A DNA stretch of 64,000 nucleotides from an uncultured Candidatus Sumerlaeota bacterium (GTDB taxonomy: Bacteria > Sumerlaeota > Sumerlaeia > MWCT01 > JAGHBZ01), in contig CAZSMK010000011.1 in assembly GCA_964608095.1 (NCBI GenBank), positions 103,282-167,281 on the forward strand, read 5' to 3'. Positions 43,866 through 54,078 of the stretch are shown one piece after another; the first letter of the stretch is position 1, and each line of letters opens with the position of its first letter. The notes under the pieces were generated by a model. It was not told the DNA's origin. It made no database searches and saw only the letters and a program-made list of their open reading frames with translations. A program made the position numbers and the translations under genes.

Positions 43866-45026
43866 ATGTTTCAAAACAGAAAGAAGCTGTTCAGTATTTT
43901 TGGATTTCAGGTCTGGCTTGATTGGACCTGGCTTTTCCTTGCGGTACTTATAACGTGGACTCTGGCAGGAGGATATTTCCCGCATGTGTACAAAGATTTG
44001 GCGACCATGACCTACTGGTGGATGGGAATAGCCGGCGCTCTTGGACTTTTCGTCTCCATAGTCTTCCATGAAATGAGCCACTCCATAATCGCACGAAAAC
44101 ACGGCATACCGATGAAAGGGATCACACTTTTTGTGTTTGGCGGTGTAGCTGAAATGACCGAAGAGCCCAAGGATCCAAAATCCGAGTTACTTATGGCAAT
44201 CGCCGGCCCAATTTCGAGTATAATCCTCGGGCTGTTTTTTTACTTGATAGTAGTAACCGGTAAAACCATCGGGGCAGGAACGCCCGTAATCGGCGTGTTC
44301 TCCTGGTTGATGTTCATTAATTTCATTCTTGCAGGGTTCAACTTAATTCCGGCGTTCCCCACCGATGGCGGTCGCGTGCTTCGTGCTATTCTCTGGAAAG
44401 CCAAGAATAACCTTAAGTTCGCCACTCGAGTTGCGTCGCAGATCGGTTCCGGCTTCGGCCTGCTCCTTATGATTCTTGGACTGGCATATGTCATCCTCGC
44501 AGGAAATTTTATCGGCGGCATGTGGTGGTTTCTTATTGGAATGTTTCTAAGAGGCGCCTCGCAGGGCTCATACCGACAAATGTTGATAAAACGCGCGCTT
44601 GAGGGCGAACCGGTCAGCAGATTTATGAAAAAAGACCCGATTATCGTTCCACCCGATATTACCCTCCATACATTAGTCGAAGACTACTTTTACACTCATC
44701 ATTTTAAAATGTTTCCGGTCGTGGATAATGATAAACTAATGGGCTGCATAACGGTTCATCAGGTGAAGGAAGTGCCAAGGGAGAAATGGAATCAAACCTA
44801 TGTACGCGACGTGACAGTCAACTGTTCCAAAGATAATAGCATTTCGCCTGTAACAGATGCCGTAAAGGCTCTTTCAAAAATGAATGAAACCCGCAATAGC
44901 CGCTTGATGGTTGTTGAAGATGGCAAAATAGTCGGTATCATCGCGCTCAAAGATCTTCTTAAGTTTCTGGCTATAAAACTCGACCTTGAAGGTGAAGAAG
45001 AGGTATCACAAAAGTTGCCTGTTTAA
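43866..45026 (+). CDS. site-2 protease (M50 family) with C-terminal CBS pair
   Basis: HExxH (FHEMSHSIIA), an LDG-like motif (FPTDGGRV), 4+ TM segments and a C-terminal CBS pair, in 386 aa. Confidence 0.8.
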   Translation: MFQNRKKLFSIFGFQVWLDWTWLFLAVLITWTLAGGYFPHVYKDLATMTYWWMGIAGALGLFVSIVFHEMSHSIIARKHGIPMKGITLFVFGGVAEMTEEPKDPKSELLMAIAGPISSIILGLFFYLIVVTGKTIGAGTPVIGVFSWLMFINFILAGFNLIPAFPTDGGRVLRAILWKAKNNLKFATRVASQIGSGFGLLLMILGLAYVILAGNFIGGMWWFLIGMFLRGASQGSYRQMLIKRALEGEPVSRFMKKDPIIVPPDITLHTLVEDYFYTHHFKMFPVVDNDKLMGCITVHQVKEVPREKWNQTYVRDVTVNCSKDNSISPVTDAVKALSKMNETRNSRLMVVEDGKIVGIIALKDLLKFLAIKLDLEGEEEVSQKLPV

Positions 45027-45175
45027 GCGAACAGGTACCTCACAAATTCAAAAAATATTGTATAGTCTGAATATTTCTCAGGCGAAATCGGCGCAGGTGT
45101 CTGGTTTTTTTTGAAGTTCTTTGAAATAATTGATTAAAATTATTCCATATTTTACCGTACACTGTTTTATGAAAA

Positions 45176-46129
45176 ATGTGTGTTGCCGCTTCTATAATGA
45201 AAAAATGTTTTCTTCTTCTGATTGGAGGTACACTGATGTCATGTGTACATTCTTCTAATATCGTATCACTCGCCACCGAGATTCCTGAAAGTTTCAATGG
45301 CTGGAACGCGCTTGGACCTGATGAAACATATACACCGGAAAATCTTTATGAATATATAGATGGTGGCGCTGAGTTATATCGGGCGTTCAATGTTCAGCAA
45401 GTTCTTGCACGGCGTTATATAAAAGAGGATGCGCCGGAAATTATTGTAGACATATTCGATATGGGTTCCTCCGAAGATGCTTTTGGGGTATATCATCATT
45501 CTCTTCGGGAGGGACCTGATGTCGACATCGGAAAAGATTCTGAATTTCTCGATACCGCGCTATATTTCTGGAAAGGGCGTTTCTTCGTGTCTATCATCAC
45601 TCTCGGCGACACGGAAGATACGCACCGCGCGATGCTCGAGATAGGCAAATCCATTGGAAAGGCTATCCCGGATGCCGGCTCACCGCCGCATCTCGTAACA
45701 TTATTGAATATTAAAAATGCAAACATAGCGGAAGTTCACTTTTTTCACAACCATCTTATTCTCAACAACTATTACTATATTTCTGACGAAAATATCCTTC
45801 ATCTTGGTGAAGGAAGCGAAGGTGTTCTGGCTCGTTATAACATCGAACGTCCCGAACCGACCGCCGATAAAGAGATCACCCCCGTTGCACTCGTTATTCA
45901 GTATAGATCGGACGACAGAGCAGAACAGGCTCTAACAACCTTCACCAACATTTATATTCCGGATGCAGATACGGATGGTTACGCGCATTTAGAGGACCAA
46001 AAATGGGCGGCAGTCGAGGTATACAAAAATCATCTTATCGCCGTATTCGACACCCCCTCCAGGGAGGTGGCACAAGATATAAAGGAAAATATCATAGAAA
46101 ATCTGCATGAAACCGTAGAAAAGGAGTGA
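45176..46129 (+). CDS. lipoprotein of unknown function (317 aa)
   Basis: Signal peptide plus Cys (LIGGTLMSCVHSS); no recognisable family. It is translationally coupled to the next gene (ATGA). Confidence 0.45.
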   Translation: MCVAASIMKKCFLLLIGGTLMSCVHSSNIVSLATEIPESFNGWNALGPDETYTPENLYEYIDGGAELYRAFNVQQVLARRYIKEDAPEIIVDIFDMGSSEDAFGVYHHSLREGPDVDIGKDSEFLDTALYFWKGRFFVSIITLGDTEDTHRAMLEIGKSIGKAIPDAGSPPHLVTLLNIKNANIAEVHFFHNHLILNNYYYISDENILHLGEGSEGVLARYNIERPEPTADKEITPVALVIQYRSDDRAEQALTTFTNIYIPDADTDGYAHLEDQKWAAVEVYKNHLIAVFDTPSREVAQDIKENIIENLHETVEKE

Positions 46130-47064
46130 CTGTAACTATGAAGAAACAGGAAAACGGAATGACGCGACGGGATTTCATTACACGTGCTCTCGGGCTTATC
46201 CTGGCAGGTCCCGCTGCCCTTGACGTATTTGCAAAAAATACATTGACTACCGACACAGAAACGTCCTCACCGCCATCAACAAAGAAGGCGACAGTCGTTC
46301 TTATAAGAGATGCTGATGTCCTCGACGCAAACGGTAACGTGCATGCAGAGATACTTGCGAAGATGCTGGACGATGCAGTAACCGAACTTTTAGGAATAGG
46401 AGAACCGGTCAAGGCATGGAAACACCTTATCAAAGCCAAAGATACAGTCGGAATCAAGAGCAATGCGTGGCGTTTTCTTCCAACTCCGCGCGAGTTGGAA
46501 CAGGCAATTAAACAACGCGTTATGGATTGTGGGGTGCCGGCGGAACGGATAGCAATAGACGATCGAGGAGTATTGAGAAATTCTGTATTCCAAAACTCTA
46601 CCGCTCTCATTAACACGAGCCCTTTAAAAACTCATTACTGGGCAGGGGTCGGTGGTCTTATCAAAAACCATATTATGTTCTCCCCCTCACCATCAAGCTG
46701 GCATCGTGATTCTTGTGCTGACCTTGCAAAAATATGGCACCTCCCAATAGTTAAGGACAAAACCCGCTTGAATGTTCTCGTTATGTTGACACCTCTTTTC
46801 TATGGAAAAGGACCCCATCACTTTCAGAAAGAGTACACCTGGAGATACAATGGTTTGATAGTGGGTACGGATCCGGTTGCGTGTGATGCGACCGGTGTCA
46901 GAATTCTTGAAGCAAAGCGCCGCGAACACTTCGGTTCGGACAGACCGTTCGAAGTGTCCCCCAAACATATTCGTATAGCCGAGGAGAAGCATCATCTGGG
47001 TATTGCAGATGCAAACCTGATCGAAGTCAAAAAAATGGGATGGCAAGATAACATCCTGATATAA
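46126..47064 (+). CDS. Tat-signal DUF362-family protein
   Basis: Twin-arginine motif (TRRDFITRALGLILAG) and a DUF362-like core (KDTVGIKSNAW...), in 312 aa. Confidence 0.5.
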   Translation: MTVTMKKQENGMTRRDFITRALGLILAGPAALDVFAKNTLTTDTETSSPPSTKKATVVLIRDADVLDANGNVHAEILAKMLDDAVTELLGIGEPVKAWKHLIKAKDTVGIKSNAWRFLPTPRELEQAIKQRVMDCGVPAERIAIDDRGVLRNSVFQNSTALINTSPLKTHYWAGVGGLIKNHIMFSPSPSSWHRDSCADLAKIWHLPIVKDKTRLNVLVMLTPLFYGKGPHHFQKEYTWRYNGLIVGTDPVACDATGVRILEAKRREHFGSDRPFEVSPKHIRIAEEKHHLGIADANLIEVKKMGWQDNILI

Positions 47065-47093
47065 TTTGCTCTCCGTCAGGGATAAACGAAAAG

Positions 47094-48596
47094 TTGGATG
47101 AATCATTCATCAACTACATCATGAGATGCCTAATTGTGCATACAAAGATACCTTCCCTCCTTTTTGCACTTTCCTTAATGGCGCTTAGTTCATTGCCTGT
47201 ATTTTCGCAAACTACGGATTCCAAAAATGAAACTCCGCTTACACTTGATACACATCCTGTTCTTTTTGTGGACAACTGGTTTATAGAAGAGATGAAGAAC
47301 ACTACGCTCAGGATGCACTCTCCTGTAAGGAAGGAAGTTGTGTTCGTATTCGATGCACCATGGGAAGGCGCCGAGAGCGGTTACGTTACCTTACTCAAGG
47401 ACGGTGCTTCTTACAGGATGTATTACCGCGGAGGCGGCGAAAGCACACGTGAATACACATGTCTGGCTGAAAGCAGTGACGGAATCAACTGGAAACGCCC
47501 AAAACTCGGTCTTATAGAATTCGAGGGCTCGAAGGAGAACAACATTGTATGGACCGGAGAAAATCCAGCGTATTGCGAATCACACAATTTTACGCCCTTT
47601 ATCGATTTGAATCCTGCAGCAAAACCAGAAGAACGATACAAAGCAGTAGCGCTTCGCGTCTTACCCGACGAGAAAGGCAAACGACGCAAAATGTTGGTCG
47701 GGCTTGTCTCCCCTGAAGGGATTAATTGGAAACGTATCTCAGACAACCCCATTATCTCCGATGGTTCCTTCGACTCACAAAACACCTGTTTCTGGGACAG
47801 CGCACGCGGCTATTACGTGTGCTTCTTTCGGGTAAGTGTCCAGGGAAAACGTTCCATTTCTCGTGCAATATCTGACGATTTTCGTTCATGGGAAGTGATG
47901 GGGCAATTGGATTTTGGCGATACCCCTCCCGAACATCTTTACACCAACGCTATTCTACCCTATTTACGCTCTCCGCTTCTGCTACTCGGATTCCCAATGC
48001 GCTTTGTGCCGGAACGAAGAACCATAGGCCTGGATAATCGTTCCATTGATGGAGTGTCAGATGCAATTATTATGTCAAGCCATGATGGTAAGAAATGGTA
48101 CCGACCATTTATGGAGGCATATATTCGACCGGGACTCAATCCCGCAAATTGGGGGCATGCTCATGGAAACAATACCCCGGCATGGGGTTTGCTCCCTCTC
48201 TCTCAAAATGAGATTTCAATCTACTGGATGGAGAACTACGGCACACTTCCCCATTTAAGACGCGGAACCGTTCGGCTCGATGGCTTCATCTCTATCAATG
48301 CACCGTATGAAGGCGGAGAATTCATGACGAAACCTTTTGTATTGAAAGGAATCCGCCTGGTAATCAACTACTCGACCTCGGCAGTGGGAAGCGTAAAGGT
48401 GGAAATCCTGGACAAAGCCGGAAAAATCGTTCCCGGTTATTCACTCACTGACTGTAACGAGATTTACGGTGACGAGATCGAGAGGATTGTTTCATGGAAA
48501 AAGGGAGCCGATTTAAAAACGCTCAAGAACAAAACCATTAGACTGCGCATCGTTATGAAGGACGCAGACCTTTATTCCATGCGAATGATTAAGTAA
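47094..48596 (+). CDS. secreted BNR/Asp-box beta-propeller protein, glycoside-hydrolase-like (sialidase/GH43/GH32-type fold suspected)
   Basis: A signal peptide and three Asp-box-like SxDGxxW motifs (SSDGINWKR, PEGINWKR, SHDGKKWYR), in 500 aa. Confidence 0.5.
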   Translation: MDESFINYIMRCLIVHTKIPSLLFALSLMALSSLPVFSQTTDSKNETPLTLDTHPVLFVDNWFIEEMKNTTLRMHSPVRKEVVFVFDAPWEGAESGYVTLLKDGASYRMYYRGGGESTREYTCLAESSDGINWKRPKLGLIEFEGSKENNIVWTGENPAYCESHNFTPFIDLNPAAKPEERYKAVALRVLPDEKGKRRKMLVGLVSPEGINWKRISDNPIISDGSFDSQNTCFWDSARGYYVCFFRVSVQGKRSISRAISDDFRSWEVMGQLDFGDTPPEHLYTNAILPYLRSPLLLLGFPMRFVPERRTIGLDNRSIDGVSDAIIMSSHDGKKWYRPFMEAYIRPGLNPANWGHAHGNNTPAWGLLPLSQNEISIYWMENYGTLPHLRRGTVRLDGFISINAPYEGGEFMTKPFVLKGIRLVINYSTSAVGSVKVEILDKAGKIVPGYSLTDCNEIYGDEIERIVSWKKGADLKTLKNKTIRLRIVMKDADLYSMRMIK

Positions 48597-48652
48597 CCCT
48601 CATGACAGTCCTCAAAGGTATTCTTTCATTTTTACACAAGGCAGAAAAAAAC

Positions 48653-48729
<77 letters not shown>

Positions 48730-48764
48730 GCATATATCGTTTTCTATTTTTTGTGACAGAAAAA

Positions 48765-48841
48765 TGGCGCGCCTGAGAGGACTTGAACCTCCGACCTACG
48801 GCTCCGGAGGCCGTCGCTCTATCCAGCTGAGCTACAGGCGC
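48765..48841 (-). tRNA. tRNA-Arg (anticodon CCG), CCA encoded
   Basis: Cloverleaf: acceptor GCGCCTG/CAGGCGC, anticodon stem-loop ACGGC-CTCCGGA-GCCGT, T-loop GGTTCAAGTCC. Confidence 0.8.
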
Positions 48842-48889
48842 ACCATGCGTTTTTCTTACCTGAAACCCACATCTTTTACACATAAAAAT

Positions 48890-48968
48890 TGGGGTGGGTG
48901 AGGGGACTTGAACCCCCGGCCTTCAGGGCCACAACCTGACGCTCTAACCGGTCTGAGCTACACCCACC
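48890..48968 (-). tRNA. tRNA-His (anticodon GTG) with genomically encoded G-1 and CCA
   Basis: Acceptor GTGGGTG/CACCCAC preceded by an extra G pairing with discriminator C73; anticodon loop TTGTGGC. Confidence 0.8.
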
Positions 48969-49102
48969 GTCACTATTCCACCAACATTCTTTAATATCTT
49001 ATTCTAATTCATTTGTCATAATGGAGTAAAGACTTTCTTTCCTGAGATGAGGAATTTTTATCCGTAACAATTGACAGGTAAAAAGAAGCCTGCAAATTCC
49101 AC

Positions 49103-50089
49103 TCAAATATATCCTTTCTTTTTGTACCATTCCGCAGTGGTTGCCATAGCATACTCTATGCTCGAACCGGGGGCAAAATGTAGATGCTCTCTTATTTTTG
49201 CAGGGCTGCACACCCAGTATCGTTGGGCAAGTTCACGAATCTTGTCACGGTTGATCATGGAAACCCGCCCGTTTAGGGATGAGTAGAGTTCACTTATAAA
49301 AGCCACCATATATGCCACGGGATACGGAATCACACGAAGCCGGCACTCTCTTCCCAAAACCTCCCCTATATGTGTAGCTATCCATTGCCATGTTATCGGC
49401 TTATCGTAAGCAATAAAAAACGTCTCGTTTACTCCCCTATCGGACTCGGCTGCAAGTATCGTTCCATCAACAAGATCTCGGACATATACGATGCTTAATC
49501 TTTTATCCGGATTGCCTATAACGGTTAACGAACCGCGCCTTGCCTCCTTGTAAAAAAATAAGATCTCCATATCTCGAGGGCCAAACACCGCAGGAGGTCG
49601 AATAATCGTAAAGGGAATATCATGCTTGTGCGCAAGTTCACGAATAATTCGTTCACCTTCAGCCTTACTTTTACCATAATTCGTAATGGGCTTCAGCGGC
49701 GCGGACTCGGTTAAAGGCGTCGGATCGGGAGCAGGACCCACGGCTGCCTGACTGCTGAAATATACAAACCTTTGTAATCCAGAAGAAGCCTCGATGATTG
49801 CGTTGAGCAAATTCCTGGTTCCCTCGCAATTAACGGTGAAAAAGTCCGGTCTGCAACGCGCCTTGATCAATCCCGCAGGATGATAAATAAGATCGACATT
49901 CGTCACCACACGTCGTAGAGAATCTCTATCCTCGAGGCTTCCATAGACCAGTCGCACATTCAGGGTTTTCAAGAACTCGACATTACTTGTTTTGCGCACC
50001 ATGCATGTAACGTCGTATCCAAGGTCTACAAGCCGCTCAGCAAGATGGCTCCCTATAAAGCCTGATGCACCTGTTAGCAAAACTCGCAT
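49103..50089 (-). CDS. NAD-dependent epimerase/dehydratase family protein (start at MRVLLTGASGFIGSH)
   Basis: GxxGxxG at the N-terminus and an SDR-extended pattern with YxxxK (YGKSK), in about 328 aa. Confidence 0.8.
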   Translation of the reverse strand: MRVLLTGASGFIGSHLAERLVDLGYDVTCMVRKTSNVEFLKTLNVRLVYGSLEDRDSLRRVVTNVDLIYHPAGLIKARCRPDFFTVNCEGTRNLLNAIIEASSGLQRFVYFSSQAAVGPAPDPTPLTESAPLKPITNYGKSKAEGERIIRELAHKHDIPFTIIRPPAVFGPRDMEILFFYKEARRGSLTVIGNPDKRLSIVYVRDLVDGTILAAESDRGVNETFFIAYDKPITWQWIATHIGEVLGRECRLRVIPYPVAYMVAFISELYSSLNGRVSMINRDKIRELAQRYWVCSPAKIREHLHFAPGSSIEYAMATTAEWYKKKGYI

Positions 50090-50461
50090 TTTTACCTCGC
50101 ACAATTGTTATGCAAATCTATAAATCGTTAAATGTAAAAATCTTACCATCGAATCTCAAAGGAAACCAATAGAGAAAAATATAAAATGAATAGCATGTAT
50201 TGTAAAGCATGAAAAGTTTGCCTATATAGTAGAAAGACAAAATTTAAAAACGCCAGGTTCTCCTTTATAATCATTAACTATTCAATTCTGCTTTTATTTT
50301 TCAGCCATCTTTCTCTCTCGGTATGAAAATTCACTTTTGTCATATTTTTCTTGACAAGAGCAGGAAAATTGTACGGAATAATTTTTGATTCTTCTTTTAT
50401 TTGAATCAGAGAAACTCCAGATTAATTAAATTGAGTAAAACCTGAGAGAGGAGGTGTAAGA

Positions 50462-51088
50462 ATGAAGAAGGAAAAAGGATTTACCTTGATTGAACTATTA
50501 ATTGTCGTTGCAATTATTGCAATACTTGCGGCAATTGCTGTTCCCAATTTTCTTGAAGCCCAGATTCGCTCAAAAGTTTCAAGAGTCAAGGGTGAGCACC
50601 GTACTATTGCAACTGCCCTTGAAGCATATTATACCGACCACAATAAATATCCACGCGAAATGCATACAGATTGGTATGGGGATACGTATGATGGACAAGG
50701 CGTTGCCGGTATACTCTCATGTGTAATCACCACACCCATTGCATATTTGACAAAATTTGATTTCATTGATCCTTTTCAGACAACCGATGCCGGCAATCCC
50801 GCTGATGAAAGACTGTACACGTACCATGACTTCAAGGAATGGGAGGCACGTTACGGTTTAACCAACTGGTTAAGCGCCGCCTATGATTTTTATGGATTGT
50901 GGCGCTTGGGTTCTGTGGGTCCCGATAAGACCTACTACCATCCAGAATATCCAGGTTGGACATACAGTCCCCAGCTGGTCTACGACCCTACGAATGGCAC
51001 CGTGAGTATGGGAAACATCTGGCGATCGCAAAGGATATCCGACACACAACAGCCCACAGTTGAAAGCGGTCTTATTACAGATCATTAA
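50462..51088 (+). CDS. prepilin-type N-terminal cleavage/methylation domain protein (type IV pilin / T2SS pseudopilin-like, PVC-style DUF1559-like)
   Basis: The N-terminus MKKEKGFTLIELLIVVAIIAILAAIAVPNF has a class III signal peptide with Gly-1/Phe+1/Glu+5. An RBS GAGAGGAGG is upstream. No other pilus genes are nearby. Confidence 0.75.
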   Translation: MKKEKGFTLIELLIVVAIIAILAAIAVPNFLEAQIRSKVSRVKGEHRTIATALEAYYTDHNKYPREMHTDWYGDTYDGQGVAGILSCVITTPIAYLTKFDFIDPFQTTDAGNPADERLYTYHDFKEWEARYGLTNWLSAAYDFYGLWRLGSVGPDKTYYHPEYPGWTYSPQLVYDPTNGTVSMGNIWRSQRISDTQQPTVESGLITDH

Positions 51089-51108
51089 TTATTACACTTT
51101 ATTAAAAA

Positions 51109-51142
51109 AGCCGGGGTTTTTTAATCCCGGCTATTTTTTATT
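51109..51142. terminator. bidirectional rho-independent terminator (stem AGCCGGG/CCCGGCT, A-run upstream, T-run downstream) between the convergent prepilin and histidine-kinase genes
   Basis: Read directly: aaaaaAGCCGGGgttttttaatCCCGGCTattttttatt. Confidence 0.55.
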
Positions 51143-52473
51143 GGTACGCTGACCGGAAGATTGATTGCAACTTCCGCGCCCCCCGATGACAGGTTGCCGA
51201 GTGAAATTGTGCCTTGGTGGGCTTCCACAATCTGGCGCGTAATAGTAAGACCCAATCCCGTACCTCCAGTTCTTGTAGTATAAAAGGGATCAAAAGCGCG
51301 CTGGAGTTCTTCACGGGTGAAGCCCTTACCACTATCACGAACCATCAAACTCAAAAAATCTGTATCAGCTTTCGTATCGGAATCTTTTATAAATCGAATA
51401 ATGGATTCAATGATGCCGTCGCCTTCTATCGCATCCCTTGCATTTATATACACATTGAGCAATGCCTGTTTGAGCTGTGCCGGATCAGCGATGAGCGAGG
51501 GAAGGTTCTTGTCATATTCCCTTTTAATGACAATTTTATTATCCTCTGTCCGGAAAAGGAGATCGAGCACCTCATCATTGATGCGTTCCAGCTGACACTG
51601 CCTTATCTCCTGCGCAATGGGTTTAGCATAGGTTAAGAGTTCACCCACAATTTTTTCACACCGCAGCGCTTCTCGCCTGATTGCTTCATAATCCTCACGA
51701 TGAGGATCGTCCGGGCTTGTCTGTCTGAGTAAATATTCAGAATAAGCCGTTATGATACCAATCGGATTATTCACTTCATGGGCGACCGTCGCCGCAATCT
51801 CACCCAGATGAGTGAGGTGCTGTGTATTCATCAGTCGCTCTTTTATCTTGATGACTTCCGATTTCTGCTGATTAATTATCTCCACGATAAACCACGACAT
51901 CAATGCAACCATCCATATAAGCATAAACTTGAGGACAAAACTTCGCTCAACCATGAAACTGAACGTCGACTTTTGTAGCGATAGCGCAAGCACAAAAAGA
52001 AGCGCGATAAGTGCGCTCATGAACATGTTTTCTGCAGGAGTTCGAAACAGGGCGAATCCACGCATAATGAGGAGAAAATAGAGAATGTAGAAATCATTCT
52101 GCATGGCAACGCCGAATTGCAATGTGGTGTCAAGATAGACCAACGCAGTAATAAACACAATATCCGCAAAATAGGACGCATAACATACCCCCTTTACTTG
52201 TGACAGAACAATCCGGTTAAAATAGAAGAAATAACTCAATGCGACATTGCTCATAGCATACAGGAGAAAAAGGGCAAAAATCCCGGGCGATGGAAGCAGC
52301 CAGCTTGTTCCCCATAGCCATATAAAGAGTGTCGTTGCAAGGATAATCCACTTGAGCGGGATAATGGCGCGTTTCTCTACACGGCTCAACCATTTTAAAT
52401 ATTCTTGATGCTCATCCACACTACTTGTCTGCCATATTTTTCCATTTATAAACTTTGGCATCTTCTCGTACAT
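51121..52473 (-). CDS. membrane-embedded sensor histidine kinase (multi-TM sensor + HisKA + HATPase)
   Basis: About 6 N-terminal TM segments, an H-box (VAHEVNNPIGII) and G-boxes (DSGKGF, GGTGLGL), in 450 aa. Confidence 0.8.
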   Translation of the reverse strand: MYEKMPKFINGKIWQTSSVDEHQEYLKWLSRVEKRAIIPLKWIILATTLFIWLWGTSWLLPSPGIFALFLLYAMSNVALSYFFYFNRIVLSQVKGVCYASYFADIVFITALVYLDTTLQFGVAMQNDFYILYFLLIMRGFALFRTPAENMFMSALIALLFVLALSLQKSTFSFMVERSFVLKFMLIWMVALMSWFIVEIINQQKSEVIKIKERLMNTQHLTHLGEIAATVAHEVNNPIGIITAYSEYLLRQTSPDDPHREDYEAIRREALRCEKIVGELLTYAKPIAQEIRQCQLERINDEVLDLLFRTEDNKIVIKREYDKNLPSLIADPAQLKQALLNVYINARDAIEGDGIIESIIRFIKDSDTKADTDFLSLMVRDSGKGFTREELQRAFDPFYTTRTGGTGLGLTITRQIVEAHQGTISLGNLSSGGAEVAINLPVSVPIKNSRD

Positions 52474-52527
52474 GCTCTTGCTAAAGATATATAGAATTTA
52501 TGATGTCAAATTTCGAAAAAGTCAACG

Positions 52528-54078
52528 TTATGAATCGTGTCCATAGTATTTAATTATCTCCTCTATCAAAGAGTCCGTGGTATACTCACGTGCCTCGATA
52601 TGTATCGGCAGGTTATACTCCCTCAGGGTATTGGACGTGATTGGACCTATACTCGCCACCTTCATTGAAGAAAAGAGGGTGGTTCGCTCTTCGGGAGGAA
52701 TCGTATCGAGTAGAAATCGCACGGTCGATGATGAGGTAAATGTAATGATATCCGCGGCTTTTTCCTTGAGAAGCTGGTGTGCCTTGAGGATTCCATCTCT
52801 TTGCGGCGCTGTTTCATAAATGGGTATAACATCAACTTCCACACCGCGTTGGCGAAGTACAATCGGCAGGACATCGCGAGAGGTCGCCGCGCGGGGTATG
52901 ATGACACGTTCTCCACTGCTGATAGGAAGTTCCTCGGCAAGCTTCTCCTGCACGTATTCCGAGGGAACAAAATTCGCCGTTATCCCCCATTGCTCTTTCA
53001 AAAATTCCGCAGTCTTGATTCCTATTGTTCCGATATTGATCTTCGAAAGATCTTGAACACTTTTACCGCACTCTTTGAGCTCCTGCATAAACACTTTTAT
53101 ACTATTGATACTGGCAAACAAAATCCAATCGAATTCATCAAGCCTCCTGAGTATTGTGTGGAACGGTTTATTATCTTCGAGGGGGACAATTTGGATAACC
53201 GGCGCAACAATCGGTGTGGCGCCGTATTGCTTGATTTCTTGAGCGAGTTCCTTCGCCTGGTCTTCCGGTCTGGTAATTATCACACGCTTTCCATAAAGCG
53301 GGCGTTTTGATAACCATTCCAAGTGCTCGTGAAGGTTTACGCAGTCTCCAACCACAATAACAACCGGTGGTTGACTATCTGCGCCAGATGCTTCCTCCAC
53401 AACGGAGCCAAGAGTCGAGAAAAGATTTTTTTGATCCGGTAAGGTTGCACGATGAATCAGGGCAATGGGTGTATCCTCTGGTTTTCCGTGCTTGATTAAT
53501 TGTTCACATATAATGTTCAGTGTCGCAGATCCCATAAGGAAAATTAACGTTCCTTCGAGGTGTGCAATATTTTCCCAATCAAGATCAAGAACGTCCTCTG
53601 ACTCTCCTCGTTTATGTCCGGTAAATATATGCACGCTGGAGCTAAAATCTCGATGTGTCACTGGAATTCCTGCAAAAGCAGGCGCTGCAAGCGCTGAGGT
53701 AATCCCGGGTACAATTTCAAACTCGACACCACATTCTGCAACCGCCATTGCTTCCTCACCACCCCTGCCGAAAAGGAATGGATCGCCGCCTTTTAATCTT
53801 ACAACGGTCTCACCTGCCTCGGCAAGATCACACAGCATCTGATTAATCTCTTCCTGGCTGAGTGAATGTTTACCGCTTCGCTTTCCCACAAAAATACACT
53901 TTGCCTCAGGAGGGGCATAGCCAAGTAACTCCGCGTTGATCAATGAATCATAAAGCACAATCGTTGCTTTTCTTAGACACCTAATCGCCTTGATGGTGAT
54001 GAGATCAACATCGCCCGGTCCTGCTCCAACAAGATAAACCTTGCCGTGAGGGATATCAACCGACATGATTCGTGTCAC
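52528..54078 (-). CDS. bifunctional uroporphyrinogen-III C-methyltransferase / uroporphyrinogen-III synthase (CobA/HemD fusion)
   Basis: An N-terminal SUMT pattern (VYLVGAGPGDVDLITIKA...GGDPFLFGRGGEE) and a C-terminal HemD-like half, in 516 aa. It overlaps hemC by 23 nt. Confidence 0.8.
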   Translation of the reverse strand: MTRIMSVDIPHGKVYLVGAGPGDVDLITIKAIRCLRKATIVLYDSLINAELLGYAPPEAKCIFVGKRSGKHSLSQEEINQMLCDLAEAGETVVRLKGGDPFLFGRGGEEAMAVAECGVEFEIVPGITSALAAPAFAGIPVTHRDFSSSVHIFTGHKRGESEDVLDLDWENIAHLEGTLIFLMGSATLNIICEQLIKHGKPEDTPIALIHRATLPDQKNLFSTLGSVVEEASGADSQPPVVIVVGDCVNLHEHLEWLSKRPLYGKRVIITRPEDQAKELAQEIKQYGATPIVAPVIQIVPLEDNKPFHTILRRLDEFDWILFASINSIKVFMQELKECGKSVQDLSKINIGTIGIKTAEFLKEQWGITANFVPSEYVQEKLAEELPISSGERVIIPRAATSRDVLPIVLRQRGVEVDVIPIYETAPQRDGILKAHQLLKEKAADIITFTSSSTVRFLLDTIPPEERTTLFSSMKVASIGPITSNTLREYNLPIHIEAREYTTDSLIEEIIKYYGHDS

